Positions 26,980 through 35,989 of a DNA stretch of 64,000 bases are shown here, one piece after another. The notes beneath the pieces are model-generated. The model ran no database searches, was not told the origin of the DNA, and worked only from the letters and a program-made list of their open reading frames with translations. A program made the translations under genes and the position numbers. Positions within the stretch are counted from its first letter, which is position 1, and each line of letters starts with the position of its first letter. Source of the DNA: an uncultured Gammaproteobacteria bacterium (lineage in GTDB: Bacteria; Patescibacteriota; Microgenomatia; PFEM01; JAHIFH01); assembly GCA_964653685.1 (NCBI GenBank), contig CAZZHA010000001.1:5794-69793 (forward strand), read 5' to 3'.

Positions 26980-27955
26980 ACTTCTTACCGGTGAATAATT
27001 CTCGAATAATATCTTCAATTGCCGGTTCTTCGATGTTTAGATCAGCCACTGGTAACTCATTCAAAGCTTTAGTCGCAAGCATTGAAACCTCGTTTCTTTT
27101 GGCCGAAAAAATTAATTCTGGATAATTAAATTCTTTGATTTTGCCAATCGTTTCTAACCTTTTAGGATCCACTTCTTTAGCCAAAATAATTGAAATTTGT
27201 TTATGGTCAGCATATTTTTTAGTAATTTCTCTGAGCTGACCGTCAAAAACAATTTTTCCATTATCAATAATAATGACTCGCTGGCAAAGTTCTTTAACAT
27301 CACTCATATAATGAGAGGTGAGGATAATGGTTGATTTGGAGCGCCGGTTGTATTCTTTAATAAAGTCACGCATCCTCTTTTGCATGACCACATCAAGACC
27401 AATCGTTGGCTCGTCAAGAAAAAGCACCTTGGGCGAATGAAGCAAAGCAGCCACTAATTCACATTTCATTCTCTGACCTAAGGAAAGTTTCCTCACTTGG
27501 ACTCTAAGGAGATCTTTAACCTCAAGTAACCGAGTCAGTTCGTCTAAGGTTTTTTTAAACTGCTTATCAGGAATTCCATAAATCTCCTTATTCAATAAAA
27601 AAGTTTCCATGGCTGGCAAATCCCACCAAAGCTGGTTTTTTTGCCCCATAACTAAAGCAATTTGTTTGAGAAATTCTGGTTTCCTCTTCCAAGGATCAAA
27701 ACCTAAAACCGAAATCTTACCTGAACTAGGATAGAGTAATCCCGAAAGACACTTTAAAGTGGTGGTTTTTCCAGCTCCATTAGGACCAATAAAACCAATT
27801 AACTCACCTTCGTTAATAGAAAAGGAAATATTATTAACCGCCTTAACCTCAACGTATTTTCTCTTAAAAAGAGATTTAACTGAACTAGTTAATCCCGGTT
27901 CTTTTTGATGAACTCGATAGAATTTTTTTAGACGAGAAACTTGAATTGCTGCCAC
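26972..27955 (-). CDS. ABC transporter ATP-binding protein
   Basis: 327 aa. Walker A GPNGAGKTT, signature LSLGQRM, Walker B LFLDEPT. GTG start. Confidence 0.92.
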   Translation of the reverse strand: MAAIQVSRLKKFYRVHQKEPGLTSSVKSLFKRKYVEVKAVNNISFSINEGELIGFIGPNGAGKTTTLKCLSGLLYPSSGKISVLGFDPWKRKPEFLKQIALVMGQKNQLWWDLPAMETFLLNKEIYGIPDKQFKKTLDELTRLLEVKDLLRVQVRKLSLGQRMKCELVAALLHSPKVLFLDEPTIGLDVVMQKRMRDFIKEYNRRSKSTIILTSHYMSDVKELCQRVIIIDNGKIVFDGQLREITKKYADHKQISIILAKEVDPKRLETIGKIKEFNYPELIFSAKRNEVSMLATKALNELPVADLNIEEPAIEDIIRELFTGKKYD

Positions 27956-27991
27956 TGCAGTTTAAAGTTTAACATATCTGAAGGAGAAAAA

Positions 27992-28264
27992 TTACCTGAC
28001 CGCCTTCTTTAATGGTTTGCCTGGAGAAAATCTAGGAGCCCGATGACTTTTAACCATTTTCTTTTCACCGCTTCCAGGAACAATAACTGGCTTTTCTTTA
28101 ACCTTAGCAACTCGAAAAGTACCAAAACCAGAAAGAACGACTTTATCACCTTTTTTTAAAGCATTAGCTATTTCAGTTAAAAAAGTGTCAATTGCCTCTC
28201 GAGAAGCCCTTTTAGTTAAATGGGCCTTAGCCGCTACCAAAGTCACAATTTGTTTTTTAGTCAT
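27992..28264 (-). CDS. hup: HU family DNA-binding protein
   Basis: 90 aa. GFGTFRV..R.ARNP-like arm region (SGFGTFRVAKVKEKP). SD AAAGGAGGTGA. Confidence 0.92.
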   Translation of the reverse strand: MTKKQIVTLVAAKAHLTKRASREAIDTFLTEIANALKKGDKVVLSGFGTFRVAKVKEKPVIVPGSGEKKMVKSHRAPRFSPGKPLKKAVR

Positions 28265-28316
28265 AAATTCACCTCCTTTTTACCACTCTTAAATGGTGAG
28301 CAGGAGATTCCTTTAA

Positions 28317-28345
28317 AGGATAGCTTAAAAGGAGAAGATTGTCAA
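28317..28345 (-). promoter_or_regulatory. Candidate promoter of hup
   Basis: Minus strand reads TTGACA (28345-28340), a 17-nt spacer and TATCCT (28322-28317). Confidence 0.45.
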
Positions 28346-28379
28346 GCTAATTCGGCCTTTTCGTTTATTGATTAGCTAA

Positions 28380-29768
28380 TTATTTTGCTTTAGTCGTCTC
28401 GCTGGCGGAAGTCTCGCGGATACAAGTCACCTTAATCTGGCCAGCATAGGTGACTTTTTCTTCTAATTTTTGGGTAATTTTATTAGCCAAAACTACCAGT
28501 TCGTCATCATTAACTTCTTCTGGTTTAACCATGACCCGAACATCTCGACCGGCCTGATAAGCAAACGCCTCCTCCACTCCCTTGAATTTATTAGCAATTT
28601 CTTCAATTTCCTCCATTCGCTTCACGTACTCTTCATGAGCGGCGTATCTAGCGCCTGGTCGGGAGCCGGAAATAGCGTCAGCAACCCAAATAATCCGCGA
28701 TTCAGCTGACGAAAAAGGTTTATCTTCATGATGTTCGGCAATACAAGCAACCACTTCTTTGGGAATACCGTATTTCTTGGCTAATTCAACTCCTAACTGG
28801 ACATGGGTACCTTCTTCCTCAGTGACCACTTTGCCAATATCGTGAAGGAGACAACTCAAACGAACAATATTAACATCGGCCCCAACTTCATGAGCAATCT
28901 GAAGACCAATTTTGGTTTCTTCAAGAGTATGAGCGATCATGTTTTGACCATAAGAAAATCTGAATTTGAAACGGCCTAGAAGTTTAATTAAATCAGGATG
29001 AAGTTGATAAACATTAACCGCATGACAAAGCCTTTTACCTTCCTCGAACATAATCTTCTCAACTTCTTTTTTAGTTTGACTAACAACTTCTTTAATTCTG
29101 GCTGGCTGAATTCTTTGGTCTCTAATTAATTTTTGCAAAGCTCTTTTGGCAATTTCCCGACGAATTGAATCAAAAGAAGAAATAATAATGTCATTAGCAT
29201 CACCTAATTCAATCTCCACTCCTGTAGCCTGTTCAAAAGCCCGAATGTTTCTGCCCTCACGACCAATCACCCTACCTTTCAATTCCTCACTCGGCAGTTG
29301 AACCGAAGAAACCGTGTACTCGGCCACATAATCAGTGGCTCCATGCTGCATGGCTTCAACCAATAACTCTTTGGCTTTCTCTTCAACTGTCTCTTCAACT
29401 TCTTCTTCCGCTTCTTTAACTTTGCGAGCCATACTTTCAGCTAGACGTTTCTCCGTTGCTTCCAATAAAAGATTTTTGGCTTCCTCGCGAGTTAATTCAG
29501 CAATCTTTTCTAATTTAGCAATTACTTTTTTTCTTATCTCTTCAACTTCAGTTAATTTCTTATCCAAATCTTGTTGACGCTTATCAAGCTGGTTTTCTTT
29601 TTCCTCTAAAGCCCCTTCTCTTCTTTCAATTTCTGCAATTTTAGTTGCCAGCTCTTTAGCGATTTTTTTACTGTTCACTTTTTTTGTCGATTTTACTTCT
29701 TTCCCACCTTTTTGAGTTGCTTTTTCTTCGTCTAAAGCTTTGGTTAATAAATTATCTAATAATCCCAT
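28380..29768 (-). CDS. rny: Ribonuclease Y (KH + HD domains) without an N-terminal membrane anchor
   Basis: 462 aa. KH motif GRVIGREGRNIRAFE and HD motif LLHDIGK. The N-terminus MGLLDNLLTKALDEEK is hydrophilic, and in-frame stops lie just upstream of the SD. Confidence 0.9.
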   Translation of the reverse strand: MGLLDNLLTKALDEEKATQKGGKEVKSTKKVNSKKIAKELATKIAEIERREGALEEKENQLDKRQQDLDKKLTEVEEIRKKVIAKLEKIAELTREEAKNLLLEATEKRLAESMARKVKEAEEEVEETVEEKAKELLVEAMQHGATDYVAEYTVSSVQLPSEELKGRVIGREGRNIRAFEQATGVEIELGDANDIIISSFDSIRREIAKRALQKLIRDQRIQPARIKEVVSQTKKEVEKIMFEEGKRLCHAVNVYQLHPDLIKLLGRFKFRFSYGQNMIAHTLEETKIGLQIAHEVGADVNIVRLSCLLHDIGKVVTEEEGTHVQLGVELAKKYGIPKEVVACIAEHHEDKPFSSAESRIIWVADAISGSRPGARYAAHEEYVKRMEEIEEIANKFKGVEEAFAYQAGRDVRVMVKPEEVNDDELVVLANKITQKLEEKVTYAGQIKVTCIRETSASETTKAK

Positions 29769-29942
29769 AAAACCTCCCTATTAATAATCTTTGGCGATTT
29801 GGCTTTTGGTAACGGAAAATGGTCGTTAGAAGATAACGGTTTATATCAAATCTAGATATAATCTACCTTTTTTAGAAGCCATGATTCGTAATACCAACTT
29901 CGCCAAAAAAACTAATAATAACTAAATTTCAACAGTTTTATT

Positions 29943-30560
29943 TTACCAATTTTCTAAGTATTTATCAATAACTGTTCTAATTACTTCCCAAGAAAAACCG
30001 CGCCGAGCCAAAAAAGCCGACATTTTTCGATAAAATTCATTTTTGGACAGATTTTTATAAGTCTTTAATTTCTTTTGGGCTAATTTTTCAGCCAAATGCA
30101 ACTCACTGACACTCTCAACCGTCTCTTTAATAACAGTCTTATCAATTCCTTTTTGACGTAATTCCATGGTCAAACCATACTTGCCTCGAGGCCGAAAGAT
30201 CGTTCTTTGGTCAACCCACCAACGGGCAAATTCCCGATCATCTATTTGTTTTAATTCTTTTAATTTAGCAATTACTTTTTCGGCTACTTTTGAAGATGAT
30301 CTCTTTTTCTTAAAATAATTGCGAATTTCTTTTTCAGATCGAGGTCGCCTGGAGATTAAACGAAAAGCCCTATCCAGTGATTTTTGAAATTCATTTTTAA
30401 AAATTAAATCATCTATTTGTTTTTGATTTAATTTCTGGCCAATTTTTAAACGAGCTTTTAAAAAATTATCAGCATCTAAACCAAAAGAGAATTTACCATC
30501 GAGATAAAGATTAACACGCTTTTTGTTTTTTTGGGCTTTGATTTTGGTTACTTGGGGCAC
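29943..30560 (-). CDS. recX: Recombination regulator RecX
   Basis: 205 aa helical-repeat protein immediately downstream of recA. YLDGKFSFGL N-terminus. Confidence 0.8.
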   Translation of the reverse strand: MPQVTKIKAQKNKKRVNLYLDGKFSFGLDADNFLKARLKIGQKLNQKQIDDLIFKNEFQKSLDRAFRLISRRPRSEKEIRNYFKKKRSSSKVAEKVIAKLKELKQIDDREFARWWVDQRTIFRPRGKYGLTMELRQKGIDKTVIKETVESVSELHLAEKLAQKKLKTYKNLSKNEFYRKMSAFLARRGFSWEVIRTVIDKYLENW

Positions 30561-30572
30561 TAGATTAGGAAG

Positions 30573-31655
30573 CTACTCTTTCTTTTTTTCGCCAATTTCT
30601 CTAGACAAATCTAATTTACCAGCTTTAACTTTCCCCCAAATTTCTTTTTCAATTTTTTTCGCTATTTGAGGGTGTTCTTCTAGATAAGCCTTAGCTGCCT
30701 CTCTACCTTGACCGAGCATGATTTTGTCAAACTTAAAAAAAGCACCTGACTTCTCAATAATCTCTAGTTCAACCGCCACATCAATCAAATTACCTGACTG
30801 AGAAATACCACCAACATTCATAATATCAAATTCGGCCACCCGAAAAGGCGGCGCTACTTTGTTCTTAACTACTCTAGCTCGATGACGCGAACCAATCACA
30901 ATTTCACCATCTTTAATGGCCCCAATTTTTCGTAAATCAACTCTGACCGAAGAATAAAACTTTAAAGCTAAACCGCCAGGGGTGGTTTCCGGATTACCAA
31001 ACATCACGCCAATTTTATGACGGAGTTGATTAGTAAAGATAACAATTGTTTTTGACTTGGAAATAGCCGCGGTCAACTTTCTCAAAGCTTGAGACATTAA
31101 TCTGGCCTGAACACCAATCATCGCTTCGCCCATCTCGCCCTCAATCTCGGCCCGGGGTGTCAAAGCAGCCACAGAATCAATAGCAACAACATCAATCGCT
31201 CCAGACCGAACCAAAGTCTCGACAATTTCCAAAGCCTGTTCACCGGTGTCAGGTTGGGAAATTAACAATTCATCCAGATCAACCCCAATGGATTCGGCTC
31301 GAGCCGGATCCATGGCATGTTCCGCATCAACAAAAGCAGCTGAACCATCTCTTTTTTGGGCTTCAGCAATCACATGCAAAGCCAAAGTGGTCTTACCTGA
31401 AGCTTCAGGTCCGTAAATCTCGACCACTCGACCTCTGGGTAAACCACCCACACCAAGAGCGACGTCTAAAGCAATTGAACCAGTAGGGACAACATTAACT
31501 TTCTTGACTTCACCCTTGCTACCCATTCTCATAATCGCCCCTTTACCATATTGTTTTTCGATCTGTTCCATCGCCATTCTAACAGCTAGAGCTTTTTTAC
31601 TAGAAGTGTCTTTTTTAACAACAGGATTTTTAGGAGTTTTTTTCTTTCTTGCCAT
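30573..31655 (-). CDS. recA: Recombinase RecA
   Basis: 360 aa. Walker [10 protein letters not shown], plus [10 protein letters not shown] and [20 protein letters not shown]. Confidence 0.97.
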   Translation of the reverse strand: MARKKKTPKNPVVKKDTSSKKALAVRMAMEQIEKQYGKGAIMRMGSKGEVKKVNVVPTGSIALDVALGVGGLPRGRVVEIYGPEASGKTTLALHVIAEAQKRDGSAAFVDAEHAMDPARAESIGVDLDELLISQPDTGEQALEIVETLVRSGAIDVVAIDSVAALTPRAEIEGEMGEAMIGVQARLMSQALRKLTAAISKSKTIVIFTNQLRHKIGVMFGNPETTPGGLALKFYSSVRVDLRKIGAIKDGEIVIGSRHRARVVKNKVAPPFRVAEFDIMNVGGISQSGNLIDVAVELEIIEKSGAFFKFDKIMLGQGREAAKAYLEEHPQIAKKIEKEIWGKVKAGKLDLSREIGEKKKE

Positions 31656-31679
31656 CTTTTTAGATTTTTACACAAAATG

Positions 31680-31688
31680 TGATAAAAT
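31680..31688 (+). promoter_or_regulatory. Extended -10 element upstream of tRNA-Pro
   Basis: TGaTAAAAT ends 11 nt before the tRNA 5' end. Confidence 0.45.
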
Positions 31689-31699
31689 TCAAGATGTAA

Positions 31700-31773
31700 C
31701 GGGGTGTGGCGCAGTTGGCTAGCGCGCACGCATGGGGTGCGTGAGGTCGCCGGTTCGAGCCCGGCCACCCCGA
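31700..31773 (+). tRNA. tRNA-Pro (anticodon GGG), CCA not encoded
   Basis: Hand-folded cloverleaf. Acceptor CGGGGTG/CACCCCG; D arm GCGC-AGTTGGCTA-GCGC; anticodon arm CACGC-ATGGGGT-GCGTG; T arm GCCGG-TTCGAGC-CCGGC; discriminator A, followed by CAA. Confidence 0.9.
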
Positions 31774-31778
31774 CAAAA

Positions 31779-32129
31779 ATGAAAATTTTTCTTCGTAAAG
31801 ATAAAAAACTTCGTGACCCAGGTAATTTTTATTTTGGCGATTACGGTGAAATTCCTATTGGTATTTCTTTAACAACAATCAATGAAGACAATCTTGACGA
31901 AAGCAAAGACACGAAACATTATCATCAAAAAGGCTATGAATTTTATTTTACTATTAAAGGTAAAGCTATTATTGAAATTAAAGATAAAGAAGTCGTTTTA
32001 GATAAAAATCATCTGATTATGGTCGAACCAGGTGAAAAACATTACGTTAAAAAAATTCTTAAAACTCCTTTTTCTGTGTTATCAATTTCCACTTTAAAAG
32101 ATAAAACTGATAAAGTTGTTGCGAAATAA
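31779..32129 (+). CDS. Cupin-like small protein
   Basis: The ORF track begins at 31704 inside the tRNA. The real ATG at 31779 (MKIFLRKDKK) lies 5 nt after the tRNA. Cupin motifs HYHQKGYEFYFTIKG and IMVEPGEKHYV. Confidence 0.7.
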   Translation: MKIFLRKDKKLRDPGNFYFGDYGEIPIGISLTTINEDNLDESKDTKHYHQKGYEFYFTIKGKAIIEIKDKEVVLDKNHLIMVEPGEKHYVKKILKTPFSVLSISTLKDKTDKVVAK

Positions 32130-32143
32130 TTAGTAGAAATTTT

Positions 32144-33265
32144 CTATTTCTTGAAAAGAATCCTACTGGCTAAAATCGTGGTAATTGGAACAGCCAGAAT
32201 AAGGCCAATACTCCCGACTAAAGTCCTGACAATTTCTTCAGCGATCATTTGGTAATTAATAATCTCTGAAAACGGTCGGGGATTATCAATAAAAAGAAGC
32301 ATCAAAGGTAAAGCGGCCCCAGTATAAACCAAAACTAAAGTGTTAATCATTGAAGCAATATGGTCTTGACCAACATTCATGGCTCTTTTAAACAATTCTT
32401 TGGTTTTCATCTTTGGATTAGCCTCTTTTAATTGCTGGACAATCGCCGCCTGGGAAACAGTGATGTCATCCAAGACACCTAAAGTACCAATAATAATCCC
32501 TGCTAATAAAATTCCTCTCATGTTAATTTGGCCTTGTTTAGCCAAATGAAGAAAAGCGGCTTCTTCTGAAGCATAACCAGTTAATTTGGTTAGCTCAATA
32601 AAAAATCTTGATAAAAGACCAACAATTAACAAAGCAATTAAGGTTCCGGCCATGGCTATCAAGGTCTTTCGATTCAAACCATGAGAAAGAAAAAAAGTGG
32701 CCGGAATAATAATCAATGAACCAATAATGGCAATGACAATCGGATCTTCGCCTTGATAAATCCGAGGTAGAATGAACAAGAAAATAACGGCCAAAGAGAT
32801 AATCAGGCCTAATAAAGACATCCCACCTCGCCATTGACCGACTATCAAAGCCAAAACAGCAAAGACCAAAAAAAGCCAAACTAATGGCTTTCGCCGAACA
32901 AAATCAGTGATAATAAAAATGTTCTTGCCTTCAAAATCCTGAGAATAACTAATCACTACTTCATCACCTACTTGATATTTAGGCTGGCCAACAACGGAAA
33001 TATCGCCTACTTCAACTCTGATTTCTTCACTGGCTAGAGAACCCTTGGAGACTCTAACCTGTAATTCTTGGTAAAGAAGTTTTTCACCATCTCTAATCAT
33101 AGATTTTTCGTCAAGAATCCCAATGACTTTGCCTTCAAGGAGTTCCTCTTGGAGGAGGCTTGTTTCCGTCTCTTCGGTTTCCTGCGACCAAACATAATTA
33201 ATCGGCAAATAAGAGAAGATTAAAATAAAAAAAAGAAAACAAACTAATAGTTTCTTCATAACCAT
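32144..33265 (-). CDS. YibE/F family membrane protein
   Basis: 373 aa. Signal peptide, extracytoplasmic domain and a polytopic C-terminus with GTLGVLDDITVSQAAIV, typical of YibE/F. Confidence 0.8.
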   Translation of the reverse strand: MVMKKLLVCFLFFILIFSYLPINYVWSQETEETETSLLQEELLEGKVIGILDEKSMIRDGEKLLYQELQVRVSKGSLASEEIRVEVGDISVVGQPKYQVGDEVVISYSQDFEGKNIFIITDFVRRKPLVWLFLVFAVLALIVGQWRGGMSLLGLIISLAVIFLFILPRIYQGEDPIVIAIIGSLIIIPATFFLSHGLNRKTLIAMAGTLIALLIVGLLSRFFIELTKLTGYASEEAAFLHLAKQGQINMRGILLAGIIIGTLGVLDDITVSQAAIVQQLKEANPKMKTKELFKRAMNVGQDHIASMINTLVLVYTGAALPLMLLFIDNPRPFSEIINYQMIAEEIVRTLVGSIGLILAVPITTILASRILFKK

Positions 33266-34440
33266 CCTAAGACCATTGCCAAACCTAAGACTAGAATAAT
33301 GAGACCGGCAATTAAATGAAGATATTTAATATTTTTATCTTTCCAACCAGCCACATTCTCAACCGTGGTAAAGCCAATATAGCAAACGCCAGTAATCACC
33401 AACATCGGCAAAACAAAAATCAAATTATAAAGTAACAACCAGGGAATTACTTGAACTAAATCAAAGGTACATAAAATACCACCGCAAATCACATAAGGAC
33501 CGATCGTACAAGGGAGAAGAAAAAGGGTAACTAAAGCCCCAACAATAAAAGCACCTCTAGGGCTAGTAACTTTAAACATTAGACCTTGGACTTTGGGACG
33601 CAGAAACATCGGCATTTCGGTTAAAAAGCCGCCCGGTTTATAACGAATAAAATCTCTAAGATTTAGAATTCCTAAAATGATCGCTGCTAATCCTAAAATT
33701 CTATAAAGCCATAATTTAAGGTTTGTTAAAGCCTGAATTAATTGGAAAAACCTAATAATCACCAAACCATAGAAGAAATACATTACAAAAACGGCTGTGG
33801 TGAAAGCTAAGCCAGCTAAGAGGATATTATAACGCTTTTTCGGAGCAAAGGCTAAAATAGCAAAAAGCATCATCACTAAGACTGCCAGAGCACAAGGATT
33901 GATGGCATCAACCGCGGCCAAAGAAATAATCTTCGGTAAGGTCAATTCTGTTTGAATTGTCTCGCCCGAAGACACAGAGATACTGCCAGCTGACGCTGAT
34001 AAAATTTCTGGCTTGCCTGGCAAAGTTGAAATATCCAAATCTCCAAAGCTGGTCGAACTACCATCAACCAAAGGGCAGGCATTACCTTCTAATTGCTTAA
34101 GCTTGGTTTCAATGTTCTCTAAAATTGGCCTATCACCAATAAGGAAATTATCCTTACCAAAAACAATTAAAGGAATACTTAAACCCGAACCATAAATTTC
34201 ATTATATTTAGTCAATAAGGGTGCATTATTTCTTTGTTGATAAATTTCATATTCAATGATAACTAAATTGGGATACTTTTTAGGTAATTCTTTAAGGAGA
34301 ACTGGATCAACTTGGGCGCAATGAGGACAACCAACGCCAGTAAAGTAAATCAGGCAAGTTTTCTCTTCGGCCTGGAGAGACGATGAAAACAAGACTGTCA
34401 GTAATAAAATGGAAACAAAAAAAATGGCTAATTTCTTCAT
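33256..34440 (-). CDS. Thioredoxin-like (CPHC) domain fused to a CcdA/DsbD-type transmembrane electron-transfer domain
   Basis: 394 aa. Signal peptide and FTGVGCPHCAQ thioredoxin motif. The TM domain carries the paired motifs INPCAL and LLPCTIGPY. Confidence 0.8.
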   Translation of the reverse strand: MKKLAIFFVSILLLTVLFSSSLQAEEKTCLIYFTGVGCPHCAQVDPVLLKELPKKYPNLVIIEYEIYQQRNNAPLLTKYNEIYGSGLSIPLIVFGKDNFLIGDRPILENIETKLKQLEGNACPLVDGSSTSFGDLDISTLPGKPEILSASAGSISVSSGETIQTELTLPKIISLAAVDAINPCALAVLVMMLFAILAFAPKKRYNILLAGLAFTTAVFVMYFFYGLVIIRFFQLIQALTNLKLWLYRILGLAAIILGILNLRDFIRYKPGGFLTEMPMFLRPKVQGLMFKVTSPRGAFIVGALVTLFLLPCTIGPYVICGGILCTFDLVQVIPWLLLYNLIFVLPMLVITGVCYIGFTTVENVAGWKDKNIKYLHLIAGLIILVLGLAMVLGWL

Positions 34441-34478
34441 TCAGCTATTCTTTAGGATAAGTAATTTTAGCTTTTTTT

Positions 34479-34778
34479 TCAACCACGAATCATTTTCACT
34501 CGACCTCCCTCAATCCTAATAGCTTTACCTTCAACTAAACCTTCGCTTACTTTTTTTCTAGCGGAAGTGAGGATTCGTTGAAAAGTGGATTGAGAAACTT
34601 TCATCTTTTTGGCCGCTTTAATTTGTTCAACACCTTGATAATCAGCTGAACGAATGGCTTCTAATTCATCGACACTTAATTTAACCTCCCTTAAATAGCG
34701 CAAAGGTATTCCCCGGGGCTTGTAGTAAGTCACTCCTGGTTGAAATGATATCCACCGCCATCTTTTTGGTCTAGGCAT
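34479..34778 (-). CDS. DUF134 (UPF0251) putative DNA-binding protein
   Basis: 99 aa. [23 protein letters not shown]-terminus and a sigma-70 region-4-like HTH ([27 protein letters not shown]). Confidence 0.82.
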   Translation of the reverse strand: MPRPKRWRWISFQPGVTYYKPRGIPLRYLREVKLSVDELEAIRSADYQGVEQIKAAKKMKVSQSTFQRILTSARKKVSEGLVEGKAIRIEGGRVKMIRG

Positions 34779-34785
34779 GGTTAAA

Positions 34786-35034
34786 TTACTTGCCTTGAGT
34801 TTCTTTTTCCTCTTTGGTAACGTCTTCCAATTCTTCTTGAAGGGCTTTTTTATATTCTTTCAGCGCTTCAACTTCTTCTTCTTTAGATTGAGGCCATGGC
34901 CAACCGAAGTAACGTCCCATTCCCCGACCGGGAGAAAAACGACGACGCCAACCCAGACCTAGTCCACAAGGACCAAAGCCGCGACCAGTTAAAGATCCCT
35001 GACCACTCGGTCCTGTCTGATCAAATCTTGGCAT
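34786..35034 (-). CDS. DUF5320 family protein
   Basis: 82 aa. [24 protein letters not shown] Gly-rich N-terminus and a C-terminal coiled coil. SD GAGGAGGTGA. Confidence 0.8.
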   Translation of the reverse strand: MPRFDQTGPSGQGSLTGRGFGPCGLGLGWRRRFSPGRGMGRYFGWPWPQSKEEEVEALKEYKKALQEELEDVTKEEKETQGK

Positions 35035-35075
35035 AAATATTCACCTCCTCTCTTTTTTATTATGAATATATACCC

Positions 35076-35103
35076 ATTATAACACGGATAGGCGAGTTGT
35101 CAA
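35076..35103 (-). promoter_or_regulatory. Near-consensus promoter of the DUF5320 operon
   Basis: Minus strand reads TTGACA (35103-35098), a 16-nt spacer ending in TGt, and TATAAT (35081-35076). Confidence 0.7.
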
Positions 35104-35126
35104 GGGTTATCTTTTTTCTAAGAGAA

Positions 35127-35570
35127 TTATCTTTTCGGAGATTGTTTTTTAGCTCGGGCTGATTGGGCAAGGCCGGCTTTGCGGCGCTCTTTCATTCGCG
35201 GGTCACGAGTTAAAAGACCAGCTTTTTTTAAAGGCAGATGATACAGTTCAGAGTTTTCTTTAGCCAGAGCTCTGGCTAAGCCATGGACAACTGCTCCCAA
35301 TTGACCATTTTTACCTGATCCTCTAACCTTAACCGTCGCGTAATATTTCCCTTCAGTTTTGGTGACCTGAAACGGCTTCATGTAAACGAATTCATTAACC
35401 TCACCCGGAAACCATTCTTCAATTGGCCGATCATTAACCACCAAATCGCCTTTGCCTTTTAAGAGTCTTACCCGGGCCACAGCTTCTTTTCTTCGACCAA
35501 GAGCATAAGTATAGGCTTTTTTCCGACCCCGCTTGGTTTTTCTGACTTTAACTGTTTTTTTAGTCACCAT
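35127..35570 (-). CDS. rpsI: 30S ribosomal protein S9
   Basis: 147 aa. GRRKEAVARV.., GGGKNGQ-like GSGKNGQLGAV, C-terminal ...KKQSPKR. Confidence 0.95.
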   Translation of the reverse strand: MVTKKTVKVRKTKRGRKKAYTYALGRRKEAVARVRLLKGKGDLVVNDRPIEEWFPGEVNEFVYMKPFQVTKTEGKYYATVKVRGSGKNGQLGAVVHGLARALAKENSELYHLPLKKAGLLTRDPRMKERRKAGLAQSARAKKQSPKR

Positions 35571-35989
35571 TATTTTTTAAATTTATCCTGATAAAGATGT
35601 TGATCGTCGCTAAACACTTTTAATCTCCTTAGTCTTTGATCTCTTAATTTATTTTTAGGTAACATACCACTGACAGCGTAGTGAATTATTTTTCTCGGAT
35701 CACGCTTCATCAATTCCTCAAAAGTTCTTTCCTTAAAACCACCAGGATAACCAGAATGATGCTGGTAGAGTTTTTGTTTTCTTTTACGACCACTGACTTC
35801 AACTTCGGCCGCATTAATAACAACAACATAATCACCGCAATCTAAATTGGTCGAGTAATAAACCTTGGTTTTACCAATTAATAATCCCGCAATCTGACTT
35901 GCTACCCGACCCAGTCTCTTATCCTTAACATCAATCAAGTACCAGCCTCTTTTAATTTCACTTGCTTTGGTTGTCTTTGTTTTTTTCAT
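35570..35989 (-). CDS. rplM: 50S ribosomal protein L13
   Basis: 139 aa. RGWYLIDVKDKRLGRVASQIA and HHSGYPGG. Confidence 0.95.
   Translation of the reverse strand: MKKTKTTKASEIKRGWYLIDVKDKRLGRVASQIAGLLIGKTKVYYSTNLDCGDYVVVINAAEVEVSGRKRKQKLYQHHSGYPGGFKERTFEELMKRDPRKIIHYAVSGMLPKNKLRDQRLRRLKVFSDDQHLYQDKFKK

Noticed and set aside
31704-31778. The N-terminal 25 codons of track ORF 31704-32129.
   Set aside because: This part is the tRNA-Pro gene read as protein. The real CDS starts at the ATG at 31779.
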